In this document: positions 18,656 to 27,570 of the stretch, piece after piece
Numbering within the stretch: position 1 is the first letter of the stretch
How the letters are laid out: every line of letters begins with the position of its first letter
NCBI GenBank assembly: GCA_964291315.2
Contig: OZ219753.1
Span: 992,001 to 1,056,000 of the forward strand
From: Candidatus Poribacteria bacterium
Lineage (GTDB): Bacteria; Poribacteria; WGA-4E; WGA-3G
Direction of reading: 5' to 3'
DNA length: 64,000 nucleotides
Notes under the pieces: model-generated
What the model was told of the DNA's origin: nothing
The model's database searches: none
What the model saw: only the letters and a program-made list of their open reading frames with translations
Position numbers and translations under genes: made by a program

Positions 18656-19111
18656 TTAATAGACCCCGGTTGTCTCGTCAACCCAATTTGTGATGTCGGC
18701 GTCTAGGTCGGTACCGCCCACCTTGCCATCTTTGCCCATTGAGTAGAGATCGTAGTCATAGCCGTAGTGGGTGCTGGGTTGACGGTAGACGTACGGGCTA
18801 TTCCATGGATCTATGAAACTCGGACTGTCGACATAAGGTCCCTGCCAGTTTGCTGGTGCGGGGCTCGGTGCACGCCACAAAGCGTTCAGTCCTTGCTCTG
18901 TTGTTGGGTATTCGCCTGTTGTTATTGCGTACTGCTCTAATGCGGTTTTAATGCCGTTAATTTCGGTTTGCGCTTTTGCAACTTTTGCCTGTTGCGGTGC
19001 GTTTATCACACGCGGTGCGATAAAGGCTGCGAGGATACCTAGGATAACAATCACGATTGTGAGTTCGATTAAGGTTAGCCCAGATTCGTCGGATTTCAAG
19101 GACGTGTACAT
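18656..19111 (-). CDS. gspG: major pseudopilin GspG
   Basis: G|LTLIE, YPTTEQGLNAL, WQGPY, DPWNSPYVY, YDLYSMGKDG..GG..DADITNW. Confidence 0.95.
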   Translation of the reverse strand: MYTSLKSDESGLTLIELTIVIVILGILAAFIAPRVINAPQQAKVAKAQTEINGIKTALEQYAITTGEYPTTEQGLNALWRAPSPAPANWQGPYVDSPSFIDPWNSPYVYRQPSTHYGYDYDLYSMGKDGKVGGTDLDADITNWVDETTGVY

Positions 19112-19214
19112 TTTTCTGTTTCTCCTCTATTGGCTATCAGTCGACCGCTTCACCGGCCGCAGTTGTTTAGAACACGTTTGATTAAACAGTGTCCATTTTA
19201 ATGCGTATCGGCTG

Positions 19215-20441
19215 TTAATTGCTGAATAGCTGGTTTGCCTCAAAGATTGGGAGAATCATCGCAACGGCGATAAACCCGATAATAATTCCCATCAGCAAAA
19301 TAACAAGGGGACCGATAGAGCTCGTTAAGCGTTCAAGACTTTTCTTTATTTCTAAGTCATAATATTCAGAAAGTTTGGTGAGCAGGTGAACGGGTTCCCC
19401 TGATTCTTCGCCGACGGCTACCATATGTGTGACGAATTCGGGGAAATCCTTACTTTTTCCAAGCTCGCGTGAAAGGGTAGAGCCCTGTTCAACTTCTACT
19501 TCTGCCGCCGCGATCACATTTCTGTAGACTTTGTTACCAACTGTGTCTTTGACGACTCGGAGTGCGGGTAACATGCGCACGCCGTTTTCTAATAATGTTG
19601 CCATTGTGCGTGTGAAACGCACGATAGCAAACGTGCTAAAAATAGGCCCTATGAGGGGCAATTTGAGTTTCAATCTGTCAAACCAAACCTGACCTGTCTC
19701 CCGTTGAAGATACTGTCTTAATCCTGCTGAGCCTATGATAACAGCTAGGAGTGCTAGCCATCCGTAATTTTGAAAAGCGGTTGTTCCATTAATGAGGATT
19801 TGGGTTGGAAGCGGTAACGCCACCCCCAAATCGTTGAACATTGCAGTGAAATTCGGTATAACAAATATCATAAGCACTATAACAGCGGTGACACTAAGTG
19901 TCAATAAGATTGCTGGATAAAAGAGAGCTGAAACGACATCATTTTTTAGGAGTCGCTGTCGTTCTGCAAATTCCGCTAGGCGTTCTAGGACTAGGCCGAG
20001 CACCCCGCCGCTTTCCCCGGCGCGAACCATATTAACATAGAGATTTGAAAACGCTCTGGGATGTTCCGTGAGTGCGTCGTGAAACGTTGCCCCGTGTTCA
20101 ACTTCGTGTTTGACTTGTGACACAATGCGGTGGAGCACAGGGCTCTGGATTTGTCCGAGCGTAACCTCTAAGGCGCGCGGCAGTGGGACGTGTGCGTTTA
20201 CGAGCGTTGCCAGCTGGTATGTAAAGAATTCGACATCTGCGGCTTTGAGCCTGCGTTGACCGAGCTGGAGCCACCGTCGTATATCAGCTGAAGCGGTTTT
20301 TTCTGTTTCCTCGACGATATTTGTCGGCCAGTACCCCATTTGGCGCAGCCGGGAGATCAGCTGGGCTTTCGATTCAGCCTCCAAGGTATTGTTAACTGTT
20401 CCGCCACTATGTGTGACTGCTTCGTATCGGAATAGCGGCAC
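19215..20441 (-). CDS. gspF: T2SS inner-membrane platform protein GspF
   Basis: QLATLV..VPL, MVRAGESGG, MVAVGEESG, three TM segments. Confidence 0.95.
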   Translation of the reverse strand: MPLFRYEAVTHSGGTVNNTLEAESKAQLISRLRQMGYWPTNIVEETEKTASADIRRWLQLGQRRLKAADVEFFTYQLATLVNAHVPLPRALEVTLGQIQSPVLHRIVSQVKHEVEHGATFHDALTEHPRAFSNLYVNMVRAGESGGVLGLVLERLAEFAERQRLLKNDVVSALFYPAILLTLSVTAVIVLMIFVIPNFTAMFNDLGVALPLPTQILINGTTAFQNYGWLALLAVIIGSAGLRQYLQRETGQVWFDRLKLKLPLIGPIFSTFAIVRFTRTMATLLENGVRMLPALRVVKDTVGNKVYRNVIAAAEVEVEQGSTLSRELGKSKDFPEFVTHMVAVGEESGEPVHLLTKLSEYYDLEIKKSLERLTSSIGPLVILLMGIIIGFIAVAMILPIFEANQLFSN

Positions 20442-20491
20442 AATGCATCCTCCGTTATATTTTTTGACAGTAGGGATGGCCTAAAAACGTT

Positions 20492-22258
20492 TCAGATTTC
20501 CCCGGTGCCGAGGTCAAATTCGTCTTCCTGTGTTAAGCGAATCACTTCTTCAACAGTTGTCAAACCTGCGGCAACTTTGTGCCAGCCATCTTCGCGCAGG
20601 CTTCTCATCCCCAATCGGATCGCGAGACGCCGGATTTCACTTGTTGATGCCTGTTTAAGCGCTGTTGCGCGGATTTCTTCGGTCATGAACAGCACTTCAA
20701 AAATGCCGATTCTTCCTCTGTAACCACGTCCGCGGCACTCCTTGCAGCCGACGGCTTTGGGAATCTTCACGTCTGGACGGATGAAGTCAGCGTCACCGTT
20801 ACCCATAATTTCAGTGAGCTCATGCGTTTCAGGTGCATACATCTCGCAACAGTGCTTGCAAACCCGGCGGGCAAGCCGTTGGGCTATAATGCCCTCGACG
20901 GTGGAGGCGACGAGATAAGGTTCAACCTTCATGTCGATAAGTCGTGTAATAGCGCCGGGTGCATCGTTGGTGTGAAGCGTGCTAAACACAAGATGTCCTG
21001 TAAGCGAGGTATGAATTGCCATTTCTGCGGTTTCGTAATCTCGAATTTCGCCGACCAGTACCTTGTCAGGGTCCTGCCGTAAAATATGGCGGAGTCCGTC
21101 GGCAAAGGTAAAGTCGATATCCGGGTTCACCTGAATCTGGTTGATCCCCTCTAGTTCGTACTCCACCGGGTCCTCAAGCGTAATGATTTTTACATCTGGG
21201 GAGTTGATCTCTTTCAAGCATGCATAAAGCGAGGTTGTTTTGCCACTGCCCGTGGGACCTGTTGCGAGAATAATACCGTGCGGTTTGCGAATCATACGGT
21301 GGAAAAGGTCGAGGTTATTCGCAGTTAACCCGAGTTCTTCAAGCCCGAACTCAATGGACTGTCGATCGAGGATACGGAGTACAACACTTTCGCCGTGCAG
21401 GGTGGCAACAGTTGGGACGGTGGAGACACGGAGGTCTATCTGTCGATTCCCGACGCTGCCGATCTGTCGGCTAATTTTGCCATCTTGGGGCCGTCTTCGC
21501 TCTGCGACGTCCATACCGGCCATAATTTTCACACGAGAGGTGATCGCTGATTGTAAGTAGGCGGGCGGCTGTGGTTGATTTTCCAAGACGCCGTCAACAC
21601 GGAACCGAATTTTCAGCTGCGTTGGGTAGGGTTCAATGTGTATATCACTGGCTCCCATTCGAACCGCGTCAATGATCATCTGGTCAACGGCATGGATGAC
21701 TGTTGGGTCTTGGCTGAGGTCTTTCTCATCAATGCCGAAGTCATCAATTGTTTCACGTTCAAGCGTAGTTGTGGCGCCAACTGGCCCCTTGATACCGGCG
21801 CTGAGAAGGCTCTCTGCTGTACGCCCGTAAAGACGAACAATTGCCTCATCGATGTCGGCTTCATCGGCAAGGACTGGTACGACTTGGCAGTTCGTGATAA
21901 GCTGGAGCTCGTCAATGAGCACGACATTCAAAACATCTGCCATTGCAACGGTGAGCTCGTCGTCCACTAATTCTATAGGCACAATCTTATTGCGGTATGC
22001 GAATCCTGGAGAGACTTTTTCAAGCACGGCAGTTTCGGGGAGAATAGTTTCCAGCTGTGTGAAAGGTGTTCCGTATTCCACCCCTTTTGTGGCGAGTGCG
22101 AGGATTTCAGGTGAGACACCGTGCTTGGAAAGCACAGAGGTTTCGGAGGCGCCGGTCTGTTTTATTTCGCTGACAATGTTTTGATAGTCTTGCTCGGAGA
22201 TTGCGGATGCGTGTCGGACCATTTCAACAAGAGAGGCTGTGTTGAGTGTCTGTTGCAT
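20492..22258 (-). CDS. gspE: T2SS ATPase GspE
   Basis: ASDIHIEP, RFRVDG, Walker A GPTGSGKTT, LRQDPD, GEIRD, TGHLVFSTLHTN, CxxC..CxxC; ATG 22258 follows GGAG. Confidence 0.95.
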   Translation of the reverse strand: MQQTLNTASLVEMVRHASAISEQDYQNIVSEIKQTGASETSVLSKHGVSPEILALATKGVEYGTPFTQLETILPETAVLEKVSPGFAYRNKIVPIELVDDELTVAMADVLNVVLIDELQLITNCQVVPVLADEADIDEAIVRLYGRTAESLLSAGIKGPVGATTTLERETIDDFGIDEKDLSQDPTVIHAVDQMIIDAVRMGASDIHIEPYPTQLKIRFRVDGVLENQPQPPAYLQSAITSRVKIMAGMDVAERRRPQDGKISRQIGSVGNRQIDLRVSTVPTVATLHGESVVLRILDRQSIEFGLEELGLTANNLDLFHRMIRKPHGIILATGPTGSGKTTSLYACLKEINSPDVKIITLEDPVEYELEGINQIQVNPDIDFTFADGLRHILRQDPDKVLVGEIRDYETAEMAIHTSLTGHLVFSTLHTNDAPGAITRLIDMKVEPYLVASTVEGIIAQRLARRVCKHCCEMYAPETHELTEIMGNGDADFIRPDVKIPKAVGCKECRGRGYRGRIGIFEVLFMTEEIRATALKQASTSEIRRLAIRLGMRSLREDGWHKVAAGLTTVEEVIRLTQEDEFDLGTGEI

Positions 22259-22454
22259 GATGTGTATGCTCCAATACATGAACCCACTAGAGCGATTCCC
22301 GCTCTATTTTTCTGTTAGTACGTCAACTTTTTGAACGATTCTCGCCTCTATTTTTAAGACGTAACAGGGGCGAATAAGTTTAACACGGGTCTAAAACAGA
22401 TTCTTTAGTCTTAAAGAAAAACTGTTGGATATCATAAGGGTTAATATATACTAT

Positions 22455-23768
22455 TTACAGCAGTTTGTCACGGAAAACCATATTTCGCTCTTGCAGCTGC
22501 TGTTTTAGATATTCCTGTGGGCGATCGCCTTTAAGTGAGTTGCACGCAGCGCAAAGGAGCTGGAGGTTTGCAATATGGTCGGTTCCGCCTTTAGATTGCG
22601 GTTGAATATGATCTATCGTTAGATTTCGGAAGGGCAGCAGGTAATCACATCCGGCGCATCTGCCCTCTTGAATGCCGTAGAGTTGATGTTTATGCTCCCG
22701 CGCCCCCGGAAGTCGTCTTTGGACGGCAGTGTGCGGTTGGTCGGTTCTGGATGGCGCGGTGCTGGTCACTGTGACATCTGACATCTTGACCGGCGATAAT
22801 AGACTGCCCTGCTGACTCGCCTCGTCAAGCCGCAGCTTCGTGATAACCTCGGCAGAAGGCGAAATATCTATGCCGATCCACTGCCTGTCCAGCTGCTCTG
22901 CTGCGACACAAGCGGTGGCACATCCACAGAACGGGTCTAAGAGGATGTCCCCGACGTTAGACGATGCCTTGATGACGCGTTTAAGCAGCTTTAACGGTTT
23001 TTGGGTCGGATAGCCGGTTCGTTCATGTGACGAGGTGTTGAGCTGCAGCCCATCTTCGACCCAGAGCGACCCAACCGCTGCCCCTGGTTGCTCATCTAAA
23101 TAGATGCGTCGTTGCTCACCCGTGAGTTGATAGCGCCTACCCCGACTGAGTCGATAAGGTCTGCCATCTTCATCAGTGTACTTGTAACTCTTTTTTATTT
23201 CTCTATCTGAAATAGGTAAATAGAAGGGTGAGAAGAAGCTGTCGCGGCTTTTAGCATAGAAGAGTATAGTATCATGCTGTGTGGCGAACTTACGTGTTGC
23301 GTTGTTTTTCCTGCCGCCATATTTTCTCCAAACAATCTCATTGCGGAAGTTCTTCCTGCCGAAGAGACCGTCCATTACCAATTTCAAGTAGTGGCTTGCG
23401 GTTGGATCGCAATGCAAGTAGATGCTGCCGGTTGGTTTCAATATCCGCTTCATTTCAAAGAGACGTACCGCCATCGCCATCAGGTAAATCTTCATAGAGC
23501 GATCTGAGATAACTTCAGATGCTTGAATAACCTGATAAAGTTCCTCATGGATCTCAGCAATTTCGCCGTGCCACTCGTGTTTTATGTCCTCGTCTGTCCA
23601 AATGTCTTTAAATTCGGCACCTTCAGCGGGCGATCCGATAGGTGCCTTGTATCGCCTATTGGTATTAAAAGGGGGATCGAGATAGATAAGATCGATAGAT
23701 TCAGAATTTATGCCTCGCAAAATGGGCAGATTATCCGAAATAAATAACGTTCTGTTAGATATATTCAT
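22455..23768 (-). CDS. N6/N4 DNA methyltransferase (beta class) fused to a C-terminal HNH endonuclease
   Basis: YLDPPF, YPTQKP, DPFCGCAT; C-terminal CAGC...DHIQPQSKGGTD..NLQLLCAACN. Confidence 0.9.
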   Translation of the reverse strand: MNISNRTLFISDNLPILRGINSESIDLIYLDPPFNTNRRYKAPIGSPAEGAEFKDIWTDEDIKHEWHGEIAEIHEELYQVIQASEVISDRSMKIYLMAMAVRLFEMKRILKPTGSIYLHCDPTASHYLKLVMDGLFGRKNFRNEIVWRKYGGRKNNATRKFATQHDTILFYAKSRDSFFSPFYLPISDREIKKSYKYTDEDGRPYRLSRGRRYQLTGEQRRIYLDEQPGAAVGSLWVEDGLQLNTSSHERTGYPTQKPLKLLKRVIKASSNVGDILLDPFCGCATACVAAEQLDRQWIGIDISPSAEVITKLRLDEASQQGSLLSPVKMSDVTVTSTAPSRTDQPHTAVQRRLPGAREHKHQLYGIQEGRCAGCDYLLPFRNLTIDHIQPQSKGGTDHIANLQLLCAACNSLKGDRPQEYLKQQLQERNMVFRDKLL

Positions 23769-23880
23769 AGAAAATAGGCCTTATGCTGTAATAAGCATGA
23801 GCGTGGAAGAATTAGAGCGCCAAACGGCAACGGTAATGGTATCCGGTGAAAGAAACAGAACGGTTGGTCGCTTAAACATA

Positions 23881-25029
23881 CTATTTGTTCCTCTTAATCC
23901 GTCGCATTGCTTTCCGCGCGGCGTTCCGGACCTTTTTAGCCTTATCATTGAATGCATTTTCCAATGCGGAGCGGACATCGGGCGAAGTGGCGCGCATTTC
24001 CCCGAGCTCGTCAGCTGCGTTCCGACGAACGTTTTCATGGGGGTCTTGCAGCGCTACGAGGAGTGTTTCGACAATTATTTCATGAGAGTCTGTAATTGTT
24101 TTGACGTTCTCGGCAATACCGCCGAGCACATCCACAATCCGATGGCGCACCGCAGGTGCTCTGCTCTGCTCAAATGCGTCTGCTAACATCGGAATCGCTG
24201 TGTCCATGTCGATGTTACCAAGCTCAATCAATGCGTTTTCGGCACGGTTCCGGACCGATTTAGATCTGTCTGCGAGTCTACCTATCAATGCGGTGAAAGT
24301 TTCTGAAGAAGCTGCTCGTATATCAGACAACTCATCTATGGCATTGGTTCGAACCTTTGACGATTTATCGGTGAGCCCGGCGATCAGGGCGTTGCGGATA
24401 GGATCGGTAGTTTCCCCATTTTTTGAGAGGCTTTCCCCAATACGTCCTAATAGATCAAGCACATCGGCGCGCGTCGCCGAGTCTCCTCTTGTGCGCACTG
24501 CGATAAGTGCCGGAACAACGACAGCAAGCGATTCAGCAGAGGTCGGCAGAACATCTGCTAATTCTTGGATCGCTTCGCGAAGAACGTTGTGAGAGGGGTC
24601 TTGGAGTGCTGTTGTAAGTCCGATAGCGATGGCATCAACGTTCCGTTTTGCTTTTCTTTCTCGTTCCCCGATTGCCCCTAATTTATCGGCCGCCTTCCGT
24701 CGAATCTGTTCAGATGGATCCTGGAGCATAGCGATGAGTGCAGGCGTGCCCGAATTCCCGATCTGTTGTAAGAAATCCACAAATTGCCGTTTCGCTCTAT
24801 CAGATGTGTTGGTCAAAGTTGGCACGACTTGTGCCAATAATTCGGCCTGCCATTCTGCTTGCAGTGTTCTCTGTTTCGCCTTTAAAGCGTTGAGCTCTGC
24901 TCTGAGTTGCGAGAAACTGTGTTGCCCCTCGGCGGTTGCTTTCTGAAATTGGATGAGTTGACCGCTTCCCAAACCGATCAAAATACCGATAACTGTTGTT
25001 ATAACCCAGAACCATCGTCTCTGAATCAC
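23881..25029 (-). CDS. membrane-anchored HEAT-repeat protein
   Basis: N-terminal TM, coiled coil, repeated 'L.D....VR..A...LG' units. Confidence 0.85.
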   Translation of the reverse strand: MIQRRWFWVITTVIGILIGLGSGQLIQFQKATAEGQHSFSQLRAELNALKAKQRTLQAEWQAELLAQVVPTLTNTSDRAKRQFVDFLQQIGNSGTPALIAMLQDPSEQIRRKAADKLGAIGERERKAKRNVDAIAIGLTTALQDPSHNVLREAIQELADVLPTSAESLAVVVPALIAVRTRGDSATRADVLDLLGRIGESLSKNGETTDPIRNALIAGLTDKSSKVRTNAIDELSDIRAASSETFTALIGRLADRSKSVRNRAENALIELGNIDMDTAIPMLADAFEQSRAPAVRHRIVDVLGGIAENVKTITDSHEIIVETLLVALQDPHENVRRNAADELGEMRATSPDVRSALENAFNDKAKKVRNAARKAMRRIKRNK

Positions 25030-25063
25030 AGCTGTGCCTCCTTGAGCGTTTTAATGTGACAGT

Positions 25064-26830
25064 CTATTGTTGTTCCATACGCCAAATGAAGAATGGGATT
25101 AATCTTGCGAGGGCTTCAAGTGCGGTGCTGCTTCGCGATAGGGTCATTTCTAACGAGGCTTCCTCCTCTTTAACCGAGATCCAGGCTAGCAGGGGCGAAG
25201 CCTCGCTGGGATTGACGAGAACCCTATCAGGAGGGGGTGGTTCCTTCTCAAGCACCAATGCCCGCGCCACATTCAGTTGTGCGACGGCGACAGTAGATTC
25301 TGGGGTCTCCTTGAAGTGAAGGGAACGTTTACTGTTTCTGATTTCATCGATGAGTGCATGTATCTGCTCCGTCGAGAAACCCAAAATAGAGAGGCCGTCC
25401 ACCTCGCTATAGTGCATATTTGTTGCGAAGGTAGATACTGTTAACCCGTTATAGTCGTTTCGAGAAACAGCGAGATCATGTAAGTTGGAAACACTGTTGT
25501 TCAATTGGTTCCATTTCACGGCGTTGCTGGCATCAAAAATAAGAGCGCCTTGTGTGTTGATACCTTCCGCATCTAAACGCAACGCGCCGTCGAACCCAAT
25601 TTCTAGATTTTCCAAGGTACTCGGGTCCAACTCGGCAAGGTCGTGTACTGATATGGCTAGTTCGCCCGTTAGGCCTGGGATGATATCCTCTTCCAAGTTC
25701 AGTTTTAAAAGATTTTCGAAAAAAGAGACGGTTGTATGGGTACCGCCGTCGGTCTCTTCAGCGATGGATTTGCTAAGTAATTGCCAGATAAATTCAGAGA
25801 CTACGGGTGAGATAGCCACGAACAAGTCTTCCTCTGTAGATACGGCTTTGACCGTTTTGAACGGATTTGCGGCTTTCACGCGATGTTGGAGGTTTGGATA
25901 TAAGTCATGGAGCTGCTCGATGGCGTGCTGCGTAAATTGTCCGTGCAGCGTGAAGAACTTGCCGCTCTCTAACAGATCGAGTTCTCCGAACAGAACTTCC
26001 AATAATTTAATATCCTCCAAGAATATTATAATTTCCTCTAAGTCATTCAGGTCTGTGCGCTCTCTCTCTATTGATAAACCGTTTAAGGTCTGCTGTACGT
26101 CGCAAAAAAGGGATACTTGTGCGGATCTCGATTTTTGGGATATGTGTGCGTAGCGGGTATTTTCTGCTATTGAGGGGGCTTCCTTCTTGAGGGTATCCAG
26201 TAGCTTCTCAAAGGCTCCGTCGCCGGCCCCTGCTATGAGAAAGTCGTCCACAAATCCGTACTTGATGTTTTGTCCTTCCAGCTCCATCAGGTTGTAGTGA
26301 ACTTTCCGGTATTTGCCGGCGTTTCTGTGAAGGGTATTTGCCTCGCCCATACCTACGAACCCCTCCACAATTTTGATAAGTCGTTGGAGTTCGCCGCGGT
26401 TCCCGCCTGAGTGTATAATCACGCCGATTTGTAGAGCGTCATCTGTATTTGACCATAGCGTCATTGCGGTGCGGTAGCCTATTGATTCAATTATGCTCAG
26501 CAGGTCTGTGCCAAGGATCCCTTGCACCATCGCTGCTCCTTGTTGTATGTCTCCGAACGCTGGCGTTTCTGACAATTGCCCAAACACTTTCTCCCAATCT
26601 TCAGAAGTCTCGATCTCGTTGTAGATTTCATCTATATCCTGTAGCTTGAGGTAGAAAAAGCTATCTTGTGGTATCAGGTCTTCCATTTTTGCGGCATCCA
26701 CAAAAGAGGCTGTTAACAGTAAAATGAGTACACAGCAGCTCAGGAGAACCGCCTCCAAGCGACGGCGCAGCGCTTCCTTTTGAGATCGAATAGCCGCGTG
26801 TCTGTTTTTTTGTAAAGAACTTGTGTTCAT
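25064..26830 (-). CDS. exported protein, DUF3352-like
   Basis: Signal peptide (..SFVDA), 'LIPQDSFFYL', 'YGFVDDFLI', 'EEDIIPGLTGELAI'. Confidence 0.55.
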   Translation of the reverse strand: MNTSSLQKNRHAAIRSQKEALRRRLEAVLLSCCVLILLLTASFVDAAKMEDLIPQDSFFYLKLQDIDEIYNEIETSEDWEKVFGQLSETPAFGDIQQGAAMVQGILGTDLLSIIESIGYRTAMTLWSNTDDALQIGVIIHSGGNRGELQRLIKIVEGFVGMGEANTLHRNAGKYRKVHYNLMELEGQNIKYGFVDDFLIAGAGDGAFEKLLDTLKKEAPSIAENTRYAHISQKSRSAQVSLFCDVQQTLNGLSIERERTDLNDLEEIIIFLEDIKLLEVLFGELDLLESGKFFTLHGQFTQHAIEQLHDLYPNLQHRVKAANPFKTVKAVSTEEDLFVAISPVVSEFIWQLLSKSIAEETDGGTHTTVSFFENLLKLNLEEDIIPGLTGELAISVHDLAELDPSTLENLEIGFDGALRLDAEGINTQGALIFDASNAVKWNQLNNSVSNLHDLAVSRNDYNGLTVSTFATNMHYSEVDGLSILGFSTEQIHALIDEIRNSKRSLHFKETPESTVAVAQLNVARALVLEKEPPPPDRVLVNPSEASPLLAWISVKEEEASLEMTLSRSSTALEALARLIPFFIWRMEQQ

Positions 26831-27447
26831 TGAAACCCTCCGTTTTTTTTGACTTTATAATAATTTTCAGGGAACATCAGTCGTTCAACATGCTCTATCA
26901 GGATGTGCAATACCTTAATGTGAATTTCTTGGATGCGATCTGGGGTGTTGCCGGGGGCGATAAGGTAAATATCAGCGTATTCTTTGAGTTTTCCGCCATC
27001 TCCGCCGATCAATCCAAACACGCGTGCGTTGAGTGATTTCGCTGTTTCGGCTGCTCGAACGACATTGGCTGAGTTCCCGCTTGTTGAGAGCGCTACCAAT
27101 AGGTCGCCGGGCTGTGCGAGTGCGGATAACGGGCGTGCAAAGATTTCTTGAAAGCCGAAGTCGTTTGCTGTACAAGTGATATGTCCTGCGTCGCTGAGGG
27201 CGATCACTGGTAGCGGTTGCCGATTGTGTCGAAATTTTCCGGTGCATTCTTCAGCAAAATGGACTGCGTCACACAAGCTTCCGCCGTTTCCACAGGTGAA
27301 GATTCTGCCTTGCTGTTCAAACACATCGTGCATCATTTCTGCGGTTTTCGCGATGGTTGCGATATTTTCGGGGTTTTGCGTAAAGCGGTATAGTGCATCT
27401 TGTGCGTCTAAAAGTGCTTTGCGAATTGTTGTATCCAAACTCTCCAT
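26827..27447 (-). CDS. gmhA: D-sedoheptulose 7-phosphate isomerase
   Basis: CGNGGS..DA.HFAEE, ANDFG, STSGNS, RIQEIH; ATG 27447 is the likely start. Confidence 0.92.
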   Translation of the reverse strand: MESLDTTIRKALLDAQDALYRFTQNPENIATIAKTAEMMHDVFEQQGRIFTCGNGGSLCDAVHFAEECTGKFRHNRQPLPVIALSDAGHITCTANDFGFQEIFARPLSALAQPGDLLVALSTSGNSANVVRAAETAKSLNARVFGLIGGDGGKLKEYADIYLIAPGNTPDRIQEIHIKVLHILIEHVERLMFPENYYKVKKNGGFQ

Positions 27448-27570
27448 TATCTCACCTGTTTTCGTTGGGTTGACAATACTCACAGTAAACGTGTTAAGGT
27501 GTGTTCTGCTTTTCCGCTAGCTATTGGCTGCAGGCTCTGGTTTGCGCCCTTTTGGCTTTTAAGTTGGCTC

